A DNA stretch of 64,000 nucleotides from Methanothermococcus sp. Ax23. GTDB taxonomy: Archaea; AGJL01; Methanococci; Methanococcales; Methanococcaceae. The stretch's first letter is position 1. Each line of letters opens with the position of its first letter. Below the pieces are notes generated by a model, which was not told the origin of the DNA, ran no database searches, and was given only the letters and a program-made list of their open reading frames with translations. The position numbers and the translations under genes are program-made. Where the stretch lies: positions 480,001 through 544,000 of the forward strand of contig NZ_CP157522.1 of NCBI RefSeq assembly GCF_049075655.1, read 5' to 3'. This document shows positions 1-10,593 of the stretch, piece by piece.

Positions 1-214
1 CATATCTTTAAGTAATTCATTAATTAAATAATTATAATATAAATAGGTATATTATTAATATAAATTAATATAATTAAGATATATACAAATAATAAATAAA
101 CCAATCATTTTATTTTTAAGTTTATGATAATATAATAGACATATTAAATTTATAATTTACGATTTAATTATTATGTGTAATGGAATACACATTATTAAAC
201 TTAACGGTGAAACT

Positions 215-1312
215 ATGATATCATCAAAAGCAAGAGAAGACGCTAAGAAAAAGATTATTGATGTTGCAAACCATATGTACGACTGTGTTCTTAACGGCAA
301 AAGACCAAAACTTAAATTTCCAGTTAGAAGTTTAGCAAATGCTAAGTTTGACCGGGAAAGGGGAACATTCGTATTGATGGGCAAGGAAAAAGAGAGAACC
401 TTAACAGTTAATCAGGCTAAAATATTTGCACAAACTGTAAAAATGATGGAATTTTCAAAAGATTTACTTGATACAAATGATTTTTCAACACTGAGGGAAG
501 CATATTACGTTTCAAAAAACTGGGGAGAAGCAAGATTTGATGACCAGCAACCTTCAAATAGTGTCATAGAAGACCTTGAAGCTGCTTTGGACTTTTTGAG
601 GGAAGAACTTGGATTCATACCTGAAGAAGATGGTTCTTCTGTTGTTGGACCTCTTAAAATCGTAGATAAGTCCCCCGAAGGTGAAGAATTAAAGATAGAT
701 TGTGAAAAATTAGGAAGTGGTGCCTATAACATCCCAAACGACATTACAAGATTGGAATTTGAAACAGATGCAGATTTCATATTAGCAATAGAAACAGCAG
801 GTATGTTTGCAAGATTGAATGCTGAAAAATTCTGGAAAAAACATAATTGCATTTTAGCATCCTTAAAAGGTGTTCCAGCAAGGGCTACGAGAAGATTTAT
901 AAAAAGATTAAATGAAGAACATGGACTCCCTGTTTTAGTATTTACAGACGGTGACCCTTATGGATATCTTAACATTTACAGGACATTAAAGGTAGGAAGT
1001 GGTAAAGCTGTTCATTTGGCTGAGAAACTTGCAATTCCTGCGGCAAGATTGATTGGTGTTACTCCTCAGGATATTTTAGATTATGACTTACCAACTCATC
1101 CTTTGAAAGACCACGACCTTAAAAGATTGAAAGACGGTCTAAAAAACGATGATTTTGTAAAAAGCTTCCCTGAATGGCAGAAGGCATTGAATCAGATGCT
1201 TGAAATGAAGCAGAGGGCAGAACAGCAATCTTTGGCAAAATACGGTTTAAAGTATGTTGTTGAGGAGTATCTTCCAGCAAAGATTGAGGATAAGAGCACA
1301 TGGTTGCCTTAA
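215..1312 (+). CDS. top6A: DNA topoisomerase VI subunit A
   Basis: Spo11/Top6A motifs TLREAYY, AIETAG, DGDPYG, EQQ; start set at ATG 215 behind GGTGA RBS (track start 173). Confidence 0.95.
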   Translation: MISSKAREDAKKKIIDVANHMYDCVLNGKRPKLKFPVRSLANAKFDRERGTFVLMGKEKERTLTVNQAKIFAQTVKMMEFSKDLLDTNDFSTLREAYYVSKNWGEARFDDQQPSNSVIEDLEAALDFLREELGFIPEEDGSSVVGPLKIVDKSPEGEELKIDCEKLGSGAYNIPNDITRLEFETDADFILAIETAGMFARLNAEKFWKKHNCILASLKGVPARATRRFIKRLNEEHGLPVLVFTDGDPYGYLNIYRTLKVGSGKAVHLAEKLAIPAARLIGVTPQDILDYDLPTHPLKDHDLKRLKDGLKNDDFVKSFPEWQKALNQMLEMKQRAEQQSLAKYGLKYVVEEYLPAKIEDKSTWLP

Positions 1313-1413
1313 TAATAACTATTAAATATTAAATAATATAATTTTTATTTTTAATAATATTATATCATAACATATATTCATGTTATTTTGATTTTTTTAA
1401 ATTAGGGGAAAAT

Positions 1414-1938
1414 ATGGCTAAAAAACCGATTATAGCGAAGCTTTCAGACGACAGAGTTTTGATATTCAACAGAGACGGCATTTCAAGATTAAATGCAAAA
1501 GGATATGGCGAATTGAATGATAATTTTTTATCCATTTCATTGGTTGAATCGCTATATTTAGTTTCCAAAAACTGGATTAAGGTTAAATCCAAAAAAGATA
1601 GATTTTTATCTTTTGAAGAATTATATGATTACGCACATAACATTGATGAGAGATTGTGCATAAAATATTTAGTTTATAAAGATTTAAGAAACAGGGGCTA
1701 TACAGTAAAAACTGGCTTAAAATACGGCTCTGATTATAGATTATATAGTAGGGAAAATATCAACGAAGTTCATTCCGAATATCTTGTTAAAGTTTTTTCC
1801 GAAGATAGACCCTGCGCTATTTCAGAGCTCACTGGGTTTGTGAGGGTGGCACATTCCGTAAGGAAAAAACTTATAATTGCCATTGTAGATGATGATGGCG
1901 ATATTGTTTATTACAACATGGGATACTTGCGACTTTAA
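1414..1938 (+). CDS. endA: tRNA-splicing endonuclease (alpha4 type)
   Basis: YLVYKDLRNRGY..GLKYGSDYRLY..HSEY..RVAHSVRKK catalytic Y/H/K motifs. Confidence 0.95.
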   Translation: MAKKPIIAKLSDDRVLIFNRDGISRLNAKGYGELNDNFLSISLVESLYLVSKNWIKVKSKKDRFLSFEELYDYAHNIDERLCIKYLVYKDLRNRGYTVKTGLKYGSDYRLYSRENINEVHSEYLVKVFSEDRPCAISELTGFVRVAHSVRKKLIIAIVDDDGDIVYYNMGYLRL

Positions 1939-2013
1939 AAAAGAGATGATTAATATAATTAAATAAAATAATTAAATAAATTACATAGATAATTAAATAA
2001 ATAAGGTGATATT

Positions 2014-3045
2014 GTGAAACTTATGCCTGAAAATGAGAAAAAACTTATTATGGATATCTTGATGAAATATGGGATAAATAAAAAAGACGCAGAAACCACA
2101 GCAAATATATATGTTGAGGCAGATTTAAAGGGTTTTACATCACATGGAATTGGAAGATTCCCACAAACAGTGGTGGGTCTTGAAGTGGGAAACATCAAAC
2201 CAAATCCTGAAATGAAAATAATAAAAGAAAGTCCTGCAACTGGGACAATTGATGGAGATATGGGATTAGGTTATGTAATTGGTGAAAAGGCAATGAATAT
2301 GGCAATTGAAAAGGCAAAAAACGTAGGTATTGGTGCAGTTGCCACTGTTAATGCAAATCACTTTGGTATTACCGGACATTACTCAGAAATGGCACTTAAT
2401 GAGGATTTAATAGGCATTGCCATTACAAATACAGAACCTGCAATGGCTCCCTTTGGAGGAACTGAAAAGATTTTAGGGACAAATCCAATAGCAATAGCAA
2501 TCAAGGGGAAAAAATATACATATTCCCTTGATATGGCTACTGCATCCATTGCCCGGGGAAAAATACTTGAAGCTCTAAGAGTTGGAAAAGAAATTCCAGA
2601 AGGCTGTGCTGTGGATAAAGAGGGAAATATAACTACAAATCCGGAAAAAGCACTGGAAGGATGTATTCTTCCATTTGGAGGACCTAAGGGCTATGGTCTT
2701 GCGTTGGCTATTGAAATCATCTCAGCAATCGGCGGAGCTCAGATGGGAACAAATGTAAAGGGAACCGCAAATCCAACGGACAAATGCACAAAAGGAGATT
2801 TCTTTATGGCAATAAATCCTGAATTCTTTGGAGATAAAGAGGAGTTTATGGAAAAGGTCGATAATCTTGTAGAGGAAATAAAAAACTCAAAACCAGCGGA
2901 AGGATTTAGCATATTAATTCCAGGGGAAATTGAAAAAATGAATATTGAAAAAAACAAAAATGGCTTTGAGATAGACGATGCATTGTATAATAAATTAAAA
3001 GATATTTGCGATAAAAATGGTTTAAACATTAACGAATACTTTTGA
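2014..3045 (+). CDS. comC: L-sulfolactate dehydrogenase (Ldh2 family)
   Basis: Ldh_2 motifs SHGIGR, NHFG, GTNPIA, DMATA, GGPKGYGL; methanogen context. Confidence 0.85.
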   Translation: MKLMPENEKKLIMDILMKYGINKKDAETTANIYVEADLKGFTSHGIGRFPQTVVGLEVGNIKPNPEMKIIKESPATGTIDGDMGLGYVIGEKAMNMAIEKAKNVGIGAVATVNANHFGITGHYSEMALNEDLIGIAITNTEPAMAPFGGTEKILGTNPIAIAIKGKKYTYSLDMATASIARGKILEALRVGKEIPEGCAVDKEGNITTNPEKALEGCILPFGGPKGYGLALAIEIISAIGGAQMGTNVKGTANPTDKCTKGDFFMAINPEFFGDKEEFMEKVDNLVEEIKNSKPAEGFSILIPGEIEKMNIEKNKNGFEIDDALYNKLKDICDKNGLNINEYF

Positions 3046-3106
3046 AAATATATTTATATATTATCCTCTTAATAAATATTTGGTTATACAAGTTGGAGGG
3101 AATTAA

Positions 3107-3955
3107 ATGAAAATAAACTATAAAATAATAGCAATTATACCTGTGATATTGACTATTATTTCAGGCATTTTTGTATATGCTCATGGATTAAAGGAAAGTA
3201 TAGACGTGAGCGGAGGTACTGAAATAACAATAACTGCTCCAAATAATGTGGATATCAACAAATTAAAAGAGATACTTCCCACAGGAGTTGAGGTAAAAAA
3301 ATCTCAGTCAGTATCTGGGACATTTATTATAATAAAAGCTGGAAAAGATGTGGATACATCCCAAATCGATACGGCATTAAAAAATTTCTTTAATGTGGAT
3401 GATTTGAATAAACTCCAATACTCCCAAAAACAAATTGGAGCATCGTTAAGTGAAAAATTCTGGAAGGATGGATTTAAAGCTGTTGGATTTGCATTCATAT
3501 TTATGGCTATTGTAGTATATCTCGTATTTAGGACTCCTGTCCCTAGTGCTGCGGTTATACTTGCAGCCGTGTCTGATATCGTGCTTGCAATTGGCGGTAT
3601 GAGTTTATTTGGAATACCAGTATCAACTGCCACGGTTGCAGCTCTACTTATGCTTATCGGATACAGTGTTGATACCGACATTATGCTCACCACAAGGGTA
3701 TTAAAAAGAAGAGCGGGAAGCCTAGATGAAAGAATAAATGAATCCATGAAAACTGGAATGACCATGTCCATAACAACCATTGTGGCTATGTTTGTGCTAT
3801 ATTTGGTGGTGTCCTATATTGTGCCGGCTGCGAGTTTATTGAAAGATATTTCCGCAGTCATATTGTTTGGTTTAATTGCGGATTTAATGACCACATGGAT
3901 GACCAATGTAGGTATTTTAAGATACTACGTTTCAGAGTATAAGGGCAGAAAATGA
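3107..3955 (+). CDS. secF: Protein-export membrane protein SecF
   Basis: SIDVSGG, IGYSVDTDI motifs; adjacent to secD. Confidence 0.92.
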   Translation: MKINYKIIAIIPVILTIISGIFVYAHGLKESIDVSGGTEITITAPNNVDINKLKEILPTGVEVKKSQSVSGTFIIIKAGKDVDTSQIDTALKNFFNVDDLNKLQYSQKQIGASLSEKFWKDGFKAVGFAFIFMAIVVYLVFRTPVPSAAVILAAVSDIVLAIGGMSLFGIPVSTATVAALLMLIGYSVDTDIMLTTRVLKRRAGSLDERINESMKTGMTMSITTIVAMFVLYLVVSYIVPAASLLKDISAVILFGLIADLMTTWMTNVGILRYYVSEYKGRK

Positions 3956-3993
3956 AATGGGCCATAATGGTATAAATCATACTAAGAAAATTA

Positions 3994-4041
3994 ACAAAAT
4001 CCCTTCGGTTTTGTAAATCAGAAAATCCAAAAGATTCACTT
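3994..4041. repeat. Short double-hairpin palindromic module (degenerate copy of 26330-26379)
   Basis: acaaaatcccttcggttttgt..aaatccaaaagatt aligns with acaaaatcccttcgggattttgt..aaatccaaaggatt at 26330. Confidence 0.7.
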
Positions 4042-4087
4042 CTAAAAGAAAAAAGGAAAACGAATTATAGATATTGAGGGATATATT

Positions 4088-5260
4088 ATGAAACTATTGA
4101 GCGATAGTAAAATATTAATCCTAATCGGATGTATCATTCTATCGATACTTCTAATCTCATTTAAGGGCATTTCATTTGGGGTTGATTTAAGTGGGGGCTC
4201 TACAATCGTATTAAAAACTGACGAACCCCTTTCAGAGCAGAACATGACCGTGGTTACTACGATATTATCAAGTAGATTAAATGCAAATGGTTTAAGTGAT
4301 ATTACTGTTTATCCCAGGGGAAATGACGAAATAATTGTTGAGATACCCAAAACTGCTGATTTAGATAGAATAAAAAAGATTCTAACTCAACAGGGTGTTT
4401 TTGTAGCTAAAATAGACAACATTACTGCATATACTGGGCAGGATGTGGCATATGTTGAAGAACCTGGATTAACACCATCAGGATATGGAGTAAGTTTTAA
4501 ACTAACTCCCGAAGGGGCAGATAAATTTGCAAAAGTGGCTTATGGAAAAGGAGGACATGCCGTAGAGCTCTACATGGATGGTAGATTAGTAAGCAATCCT
4601 ACACTTTCTCCAGGATTGGCAGATGGAAAACCACATCCAGACCAGATAATCACTGTTGCAGGAAAAAATCCAACCAAACAGGATGAAGACGAAGCATGGG
4701 CAATATATACTGCATTAAAATCAGGTTCTTTACCAGTTAAAGTTCATATTGAATATGTAAGTTCCATATCACCAACACTTGGAGAAGAATTCATTAAGGG
4801 AGCGGCAATAGCAGGATTGTTTGCATTCTTAGCAGTCGGGGCAGTTGTTGCAATTAGGTATAAAAAGCCTATGATTGTTTTACCTATACTTATAACCTGT
4901 GCCTCCGAAATTTTAATCATACTTGGATTTGCATCGGCAATTGGCTGGAAACTTGATTTAGCATCAATTGCTGGAATTATCGCCTCGGTTGGAACTGGGG
5001 TTGATGACCAAATAGTCATAACAGATGAAACACTTTCAAGAGAGTCAAAAAGAGTCAAAAAAAGTATTAAACGAGCATTCTTTATTATATTTGCAGCAGC
5101 AGGAACTACAATTGCCGCAATGCTTCCATTGTTTGTTATGAGCATTGGTATGTTAAAGGGATTCGCCATTACAACAATAGCTGGTGTATTAATTGGTATA
5201 TTGATTACAAGACCTGCATTTGCAAGAATCGTTCAATATGTCGTGAAAAAAGAATATTAA
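4088..5260 (+). CDS. secD: Protein-export membrane protein SecD
   Basis: GVDLSGG, LKSGSLP, GTGVDDQIVI motifs. Confidence 0.93.
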   Translation: MKLLSDSKILILIGCIILSILLISFKGISFGVDLSGGSTIVLKTDEPLSEQNMTVVTTILSSRLNANGLSDITVYPRGNDEIIVEIPKTADLDRIKKILTQQGVFVAKIDNITAYTGQDVAYVEEPGLTPSGYGVSFKLTPEGADKFAKVAYGKGGHAVELYMDGRLVSNPTLSPGLADGKPHPDQIITVAGKNPTKQDEDEAWAIYTALKSGSLPVKVHIEYVSSISPTLGEEFIKGAAIAGLFAFLAVGAVVAIRYKKPMIVLPILITCASEILIILGFASAIGWKLDLASIAGIIASVGTGVDDQIVITDETLSRESKRVKKSIKRAFFIIFAAAGTTIAAMLPLFVMSIGMLKGFAITTIAGVLIGILITRPAFARIVQYVVKKEY

Positions 5261-5467
5261 TATACATTATTATAGAAAATATTTTTTATCTTTTTTATCT
5301 TTTTGTCATAAACATGGCGAGAATTGAAAACATTTTTGTTTAATTTAATTTATATGATTTAAAATAAATTTTTTTATCATCTCAACCCATATTAAAATAA
5401 ATAATAAATAGGAGATAGGATGATATTGATTTGATGATTTTTCTATAAAGAATATTTTAAAATTACA

Positions 5468-6496
5468 GTGATGTGCATGAATATAAAAAGAATTTTAAAA
5501 AATATATTGTTGTATGGGACCGGTATTATTATAATATTGTTGATAATATGGCATATAGGCGTTAAAGAAATAATTGCTGTATTTTTATCAATGAATATAT
5601 ATCTTTTTTTATTGGCGACATTTATCTATTTTCTAACCATTTTTATTATTGTGATGCGTTGGAGGTCCCTACTACAAATAAATAATTACAATGCAAAACT
5701 TAAAAATTTATTCCTATTAATTGTAATGGGACAGTTTATAAACAATATAACTCCATCCATGAAAGGTGGAAGTGAGCCATTTAGAGCATATTATCTCTCA
5801 AAATTAGAAAATATTCCAAATCATGTTTCATTTTCGAGTGTTGTGGTTGAGAGATTATTGGACACCATGGTATTCTTAATATTAACATTTTTTGTAATCA
5901 TATACTTCATAATACATGGAATCATCTATGCAAAGGAGCTCATATTTATATGGATTACCATTGGTGGATTAACAGCCCTTGCTTTATATATCATAATGCA
6001 TAAAACATTAGCATTTAAAATTACATTAAAAATAGTAAAAATTATATCAAAATTTTCTTCAAAAACCATAAATGAAGATAAAATAAAGGAATCCATAAAT
6101 CGATTTCAAGATAACATAAAATTTTTTAAAAACAATAAAAGAAAAATAATTATGCCATTTATATTATCATTTGGCTGGTGGTTTCTTGATATTTTAAGGA
6201 TATACATATTATTTTTAGCAATTAAATGCAATATTTCACTTGTGGCAGTATCCTCAACATACTTAGTATCCCTCCTTATAGGCATTCTCCCAACATTGCC
6301 TGGAAGTCTTGGAACCTCCGATGCTGTAATGATTGCCATGTATTCGCTGTTCAATATTCCTTATTCAAAAGCTGCTGCTGGAACGATTTTAGATAGAATA
6401 ATTTCCTATGGATTAGCCACAATAATGGGAGCTCTTGCATTTAAGATAATAAAAAAGAAAATAAAAACCAAAAAATATAAAGATATAGGAATATAA
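5468..6496 (+). CDS. UPF0104 / flippase-like multi-pass membrane protein
   Basis: RW..FINNITPS..GGSEPFR..ERLLD..PGSLG..R pattern, many TM segments. Confidence 0.85.
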   Translation: MMCMNIKRILKNILLYGTGIIIILLIIWHIGVKEIIAVFLSMNIYLFLLATFIYFLTIFIIVMRWRSLLQINNYNAKLKNLFLLIVMGQFINNITPSMKGGSEPFRAYYLSKLENIPNHVSFSSVVVERLLDTMVFLILTFFVIIYFIIHGIIYAKELIFIWITIGGLTALALYIIMHKTLAFKITLKIVKIISKFSSKTINEDKIKESINRFQDNIKFFKNNKRKIIMPFILSFGWWFLDILRIYILFLAIKCNISLVAVSSTYLVSLLIGILPTLPGSLGTSDAVMIAMYSLFNIPYSKAAAGTILDRIISYGLATIMGALAFKIIKKKIKTKKYKDIGI

Positions 6497-6560
6497 AAAC
6501 TAAAATGATAAACTAATTAACGATAAACTAATTAATGACGAATTAGCAATTGGTGAGACT

Positions 6561-6980
6561 ATGATAATCAATATTACCACTGGAAGAATGATGAAATCCC
6601 TTGAAGCGTTTAAAGGTTCAAAACCAATTTATGATAGAAATGGGCTTTTAATTGTAAGGGGCGTTTGTAGGGATAAGAATTTTGAAAACTATGATTCAAT
6701 TAAACAATATCTTGAAAGTAAATTAAAAGAAAATGGTTTTGAAATTGTAGATAATGAAGAGATGGTTTTATTTATGGAAAAAATTGATGAAAAACTTGGG
6801 GAAGAAAGTGATATATATCCTGATACTTTTGGATTTGAGATATTGAAAAAATCTTTTGAAGATATGGGATGCGAATGCGATTACGCCATTGGAAAAAAGG
6901 GAGAGCTCATGCTTGGAATAAGTTTATGGTATGACAAAATTAGAGGAGCTCCGAAGTTTGTAGAAGTTGTTTGTTGCTAA
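6561..6980 (+). CDS. Methanogen conserved protein (DUF2120-like)
   Basis: GRMM..AFKGSKP..GFE.LK.SFE.MGC.CDY pattern; GGTGA RBS. Confidence 0.7.
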   Translation: MIINITTGRMMKSLEAFKGSKPIYDRNGLLIVRGVCRDKNFENYDSIKQYLESKLKENGFEIVDNEEMVLFMEKIDEKLGEESDIYPDTFGFEILKKSFEDMGCECDYAIGKKGELMLGISLWYDKIRGAPKFVEVVCC

Positions 6981-7016
6981 ATTAGTTATTTTTCTTTTTG
7001 TTTTTTTATATTTTAC

Positions 7017-7390
7017 GATAAACCGCCGAGAAAGCCAACGATTTTAATCGTTATACAAAACATAGTTTTGTAAAATCTCTTATGAGATTGGATGAGAGGC
7101 GGACATTATATCGGCTAGTAAGTAGTAAAATATAAATATGTGAAGATTAGTAGTAAGTAACGCTACCAGTCCAAGTATCTATGGGTAGGGTTATCGAAAA
7201 CTCTACCGCTGGTAGTGTTTGGAAGTTCAAAAGGTAGCCCTGAATCTCCTAAACGGGGATAGGGGTAGTGGGTTTGGCCACCGTGTAGGGTTAAACCCTA
7301 CTAAAATTAGACGAAATCACTTCGTGATTTCGTTGCTCGCTTACTACCGTAAGCGAGAACCCAACGAGTTCACTCGTTGGAGTAGGTCAG
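7017..7390 (+). mobile_element. Non-autonomous IS200/IS605 derivative, family 1 copy A (no tnpA/tnpB)
   Basis: Near-identical to 44127-44498 and inverted 35860-36234; left-end hairpin aaaccgcc..ccaacg/cgtt..gg..ggcgg after TTTAC; right-end hairpin ccaacgag-ttca-ctcgttgg ending TCAG; no target duplication. Confidence 0.85.
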
Positions 7391-7394
7391 ATTA

Positions 7395-8063
7395 TTATTT
7401 TATTAATTCATTCCTTGTTTTTTCAATAAATTCGATGATTTTATCAATTCCTTCATCATTTTTTATTGAGGTCAATAATACATCCATATTGTCGTTTAAT
7501 TGTTCTGCATCATTTTTCATCTTTACAGGGTCAGCACCGACGGCGTCTGCAATATCTATTTTATTTATAATAGTCAAATCTGCGGTTTTAAATATCATAG
7601 GATGCTTTTCAACTGTGTCGTCTCCTTCTGTAACGCTGACAACCACTATTCTTTTATGTGTTCCCAAATCAAAATCAGCAGGACATATCAGGTTTCCAAC
7701 ATTTTCTATAAATAATATATCGATATTGTCCAAATCTAAGTCCGGTAGAGCATGTCCAACCAAATGTGCATCCAAATGACATTCTTTTCCAGTATTCAGA
7801 GGTATAACCTGAACATTGTGATTTTCCATTCTTTCTGCATCGTATTTTGCCACTACATCTCCTGCAATACAGCCTATATTATATTTGTCCTTTAAATTTT
7901 CTATCAATTTTTCTATTAAAAGGGTTTTTCCACTTCCCGTTGCACCCATAAAATCAAAGGCAACTACATTATGCTGATTTAATAATTTTCTATTTTTATC
8001 GGCATGTTTTTTGTTTGCTTTTAGTAAATCTTTTCCTATATCCAATACACTAACAAAATGCAT
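7395..8063 (-). CDS. hypB: Hydrogenase nickel incorporation GTPase HypB
   Basis: GSGKT, CHLDAH, ENVGNLICPADFDLG, NKID; start at MHFVS behind GGTGAT. Confidence 0.95.
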   Translation of the reverse strand: MHFVSVLDIGKDLLKANKKHADKNRKLLNQHNVVAFDFMGATGSGKTLLIEKLIENLKDKYNIGCIAGDVVAKYDAERMENHNVQVIPLNTGKECHLDAHLVGHALPDLDLDNIDILFIENVGNLICPADFDLGTHKRIVVVSVTEGDDTVEKHPMIFKTADLTIINKIDIADAVGADPVKMKNDAEQLNDNMDVLLTSIKNDEGIDKIIEFIEKTRNELIK

Positions 8064-8427
8064 ATCATCACCCAAGTTATTTATTATTCCCAAATTGGAA
8101 ATAATGATATTAAAACTTATTTATTACAAACATAAATAATAGGATGAAGTTAAAATTGTTAATATATCATGATTAATATATTATTATGAAGTAATATCAT
8201 CATAATAATTAAATAATAACATTGTGAGGCGTAGGTTAATTATTCTTTTCATGGAATTCTATAATTCAATAATAAATATAATTTAATAGGTGAAAATATA
8301 TAAATATATTGTGGTAATGAAAATGTATATATAAATGAAAATTAGTAATATCTTTTAGGGACAAACATTGGATATAATATTGTAAAATTTATATTTAATT
8401 AATTTACTTTTTAATTTTGGTGAAATA

Positions 8428-9006
8428 ATGAATTATATGGACATATTTAAATTTAGCCCCGAGGAAATTAAGGATTTAACTATTTCAACCTTTGCCATTG
8501 CATTAATATTCGCATGGTATGGCAGAGGAATACCCCATATAGATTCTTGGTTTATATTGCAGTTCTTGATAGCAAGTTTTACGGTTGGGAGTGGATTTAT
8601 ATTGCATGAGCTCGCCCATAGAACAGTGGCTCGTCATTTTGGAGCATGGAGTGAATTTAGAGCATGGTATGAAGGATTGGTTATTGCATTGGTATTGAAA
8701 ATAATAATGGGCGCTACTTTTATAGCCCCTGGTGCAGTTTATATTTATAAAGATTATCTAACCACAGAGGAAAATGGACTTATATCCATTGCAGGACCTT
8801 TAACAAATGTTGCCTTGGCATTTGTGTTTTATATATTAAATATTCCACTAATATCAAGTTTAGGTTTCCATGTTAATTTATTCCTTGCAGCATTTAACAT
8901 GATACCAATCTACCCACTTGATGGAAACAAAGTTCTAAATTGGAATCCTTTAATATGGGGCGTTGTGGCTATTCCTTTATTTTTATGGGCGTTGGGAATT
9001 TTTTAA
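8428..9006 (+). CDS. Site-2 protease family (M50) intramembrane metalloprotease
   Basis: HELAH, AGP..N, FNMIPIYPLDG. Confidence 0.9.
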   Translation: MNYMDIFKFSPEEIKDLTISTFAIALIFAWYGRGIPHIDSWFILQFLIASFTVGSGFILHELAHRTVARHFGAWSEFRAWYEGLVIALVLKIIMGATFIAPGAVYIYKDYLTTEENGLISIAGPLTNVALAFVFYILNIPLISSLGFHVNLFLAAFNMIPIYPLDGNKVLNWNPLIWGVVAIPLFLWALGIF

Positions 9007-9065
9007 ATCTTATCCTATTTCATTCTAAATATTCATTAATCATTAAAAAATAAAAAGTTGAAAAT

Positions 9066-9644
9066 ATGAGATATACAATTACAATCATTGGATTATGCAT
9101 CATAATATATTTATTTGGATTATTTTCCAACAACTTAATATATCTATTATTATTTAATCCGTATTATGCCCTAAACATGCCATGGCAGTTTATAACGAGT
9201 ATATTTGTCCATGCAAATTTTATGCATTTGTTTGTCAATATGTTTGTATTATTTTTCTTTGGCATAAAACTTGAAAGATGGGTTGGTGGGGCAAATTTTA
9301 TAAAAATATTTTTCATATCAGGTATTGTTGGAAACATTGCATATCTCCTATATTCCGATTTTACCAATCTATACATTCCGGCTTTGGGTGCATCAGGTGC
9401 GGTTAGTGGTATCTTAGGAGCTCTCACAGTTTTAGAACCTAACATGAGAATTATGATATTTCCATTTCCAGTTCCCATAAAACTCAAAACTGCAACAATA
9501 TTATTTGCAGGATTTGGAATATTATGTCTTATGTTCTCAATATTGCCAACAATAGGACATGCGGCTCATCTTGGAGGGTTATTCACGGGCATGCTATTTG
9601 GAAAAATATTTAAAAGGAAAATGAACTACCCATCATATTACTGA
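9066..9644 (+). CDS. Rhomboid family intramembrane serine protease
   Basis: PWQFITS.F.H..HL..NM, GASGA, AHLGG. Confidence 0.9.
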   Translation: MRYTITIIGLCIIIYLFGLFSNNLIYLLLFNPYYALNMPWQFITSIFVHANFMHLFVNMFVLFFFGIKLERWVGGANFIKIFFISGIVGNIAYLLYSDFTNLYIPALGASGAVSGILGALTVLEPNMRIMIFPFPVPIKLKTATILFAGFGILCLMFSILPTIGHAAHLGGLFTGMLFGKIFKRKMNYPSYY

Positions 9645-9673
9645 CCATTATATCTATTAATTTTGGGGATAGT

Positions 9674-10372
9674 ATGGAATTTGAACTTTGGATAAGGATT
9701 ATAAAGGAAAGTATAGACAAAAGGAACATAGAACCTTGGAACATCAATATCGCAGAAATAACCGATGAGTATATCAAAACAATTAAAGAGCTTAAAAAAT
9801 TCGATATACGGCTATCCGCAGATGTTATTCTCGTTGGTGGAATATTATTACGGATGAAATCTCAGATACTTTATGGAGAATGCGAAAATACATTTAATGA
9901 AGATGAGGAGTTTGAGGAGGAGTTCCCTGAAAATTATGATGAATATGATGAATATGAAGAAAACTACGATAATGATGTTATTGTAAATACTGTCAAAGAA
10001 AATAAAAATAAGGGTGATACCACTACTAAAAATACTAAAAGCAAGCAAATAACATTTAACGATTTAATTAACACTCTAAAATCAGAGCTTAAAAAGGTTA
10101 AAAAAACCAAAACAAGACCAAAAAATAAAAGAGAAACTCCAATTTATAACATTATAGAAGAAATGGAAGAAGAATATGACATTTCTGATTTGATGGAAAA
10201 TTTAATGTCTGAACTTAAAAAAGAAGGGGAGCTCATATATCAAAATAAGTTTTCTAACAGAAAAGATATTGTAAAAAATTTCTTACCTTCCCTTTATCTT
10301 GCAAATGATGGTAAAATTGAAATTTTTCAGGAAGACATCTTTAAGGACATAGTTCTTAGATGCAAAAATTAA
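9674..10372 (+). CDS. scpA: Segregation and condensation protein A (kleisin)
   Basis: PWNINIAEITDEY..LLRMKS N-terminus, acidic linker, FLPSLYL..Q..F..I C-terminal winged helix. Confidence 0.85.
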   Translation: MEFELWIRIIKESIDKRNIEPWNINIAEITDEYIKTIKELKKFDIRLSADVILVGGILLRMKSQILYGECENTFNEDEEFEEEFPENYDEYDEYEENYDNDVIVNTVKENKNKGDTTTKNTKSKQITFNDLINTLKSELKKVKKTKTRPKNKRETPIYNIIEEMEEEYDISDLMENLMSELKKEGELIYQNKFSNRKDIVKNFLPSLYLANDGKIEIFQEDIFKDIVLRCKN

Positions 10373-10593
10373 ATATTATTGTATTTATTTATTGTTAATT
10401 ATCAATATTATATTTTATATTTTTAGTCAGTATATTACTACATTACTATATTCATGTATATCGTAGTGTTTTAAAACAACACATCTCAGTAAGATTTATA
10501 TAGAAGTTCATAATCATATACATACCGTTAGAGTAGATACTAAACAATTATGGGATTATTAATAAAAAATATTAAAAAAATTGAGGTGATGGC

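Noticed and set aside
7219-7779. 186-aa plus-strand ORF
   Set aside because: Chimera of the IS605-derived element and the antisense strand of hypB; the frame is not kept in the other copies
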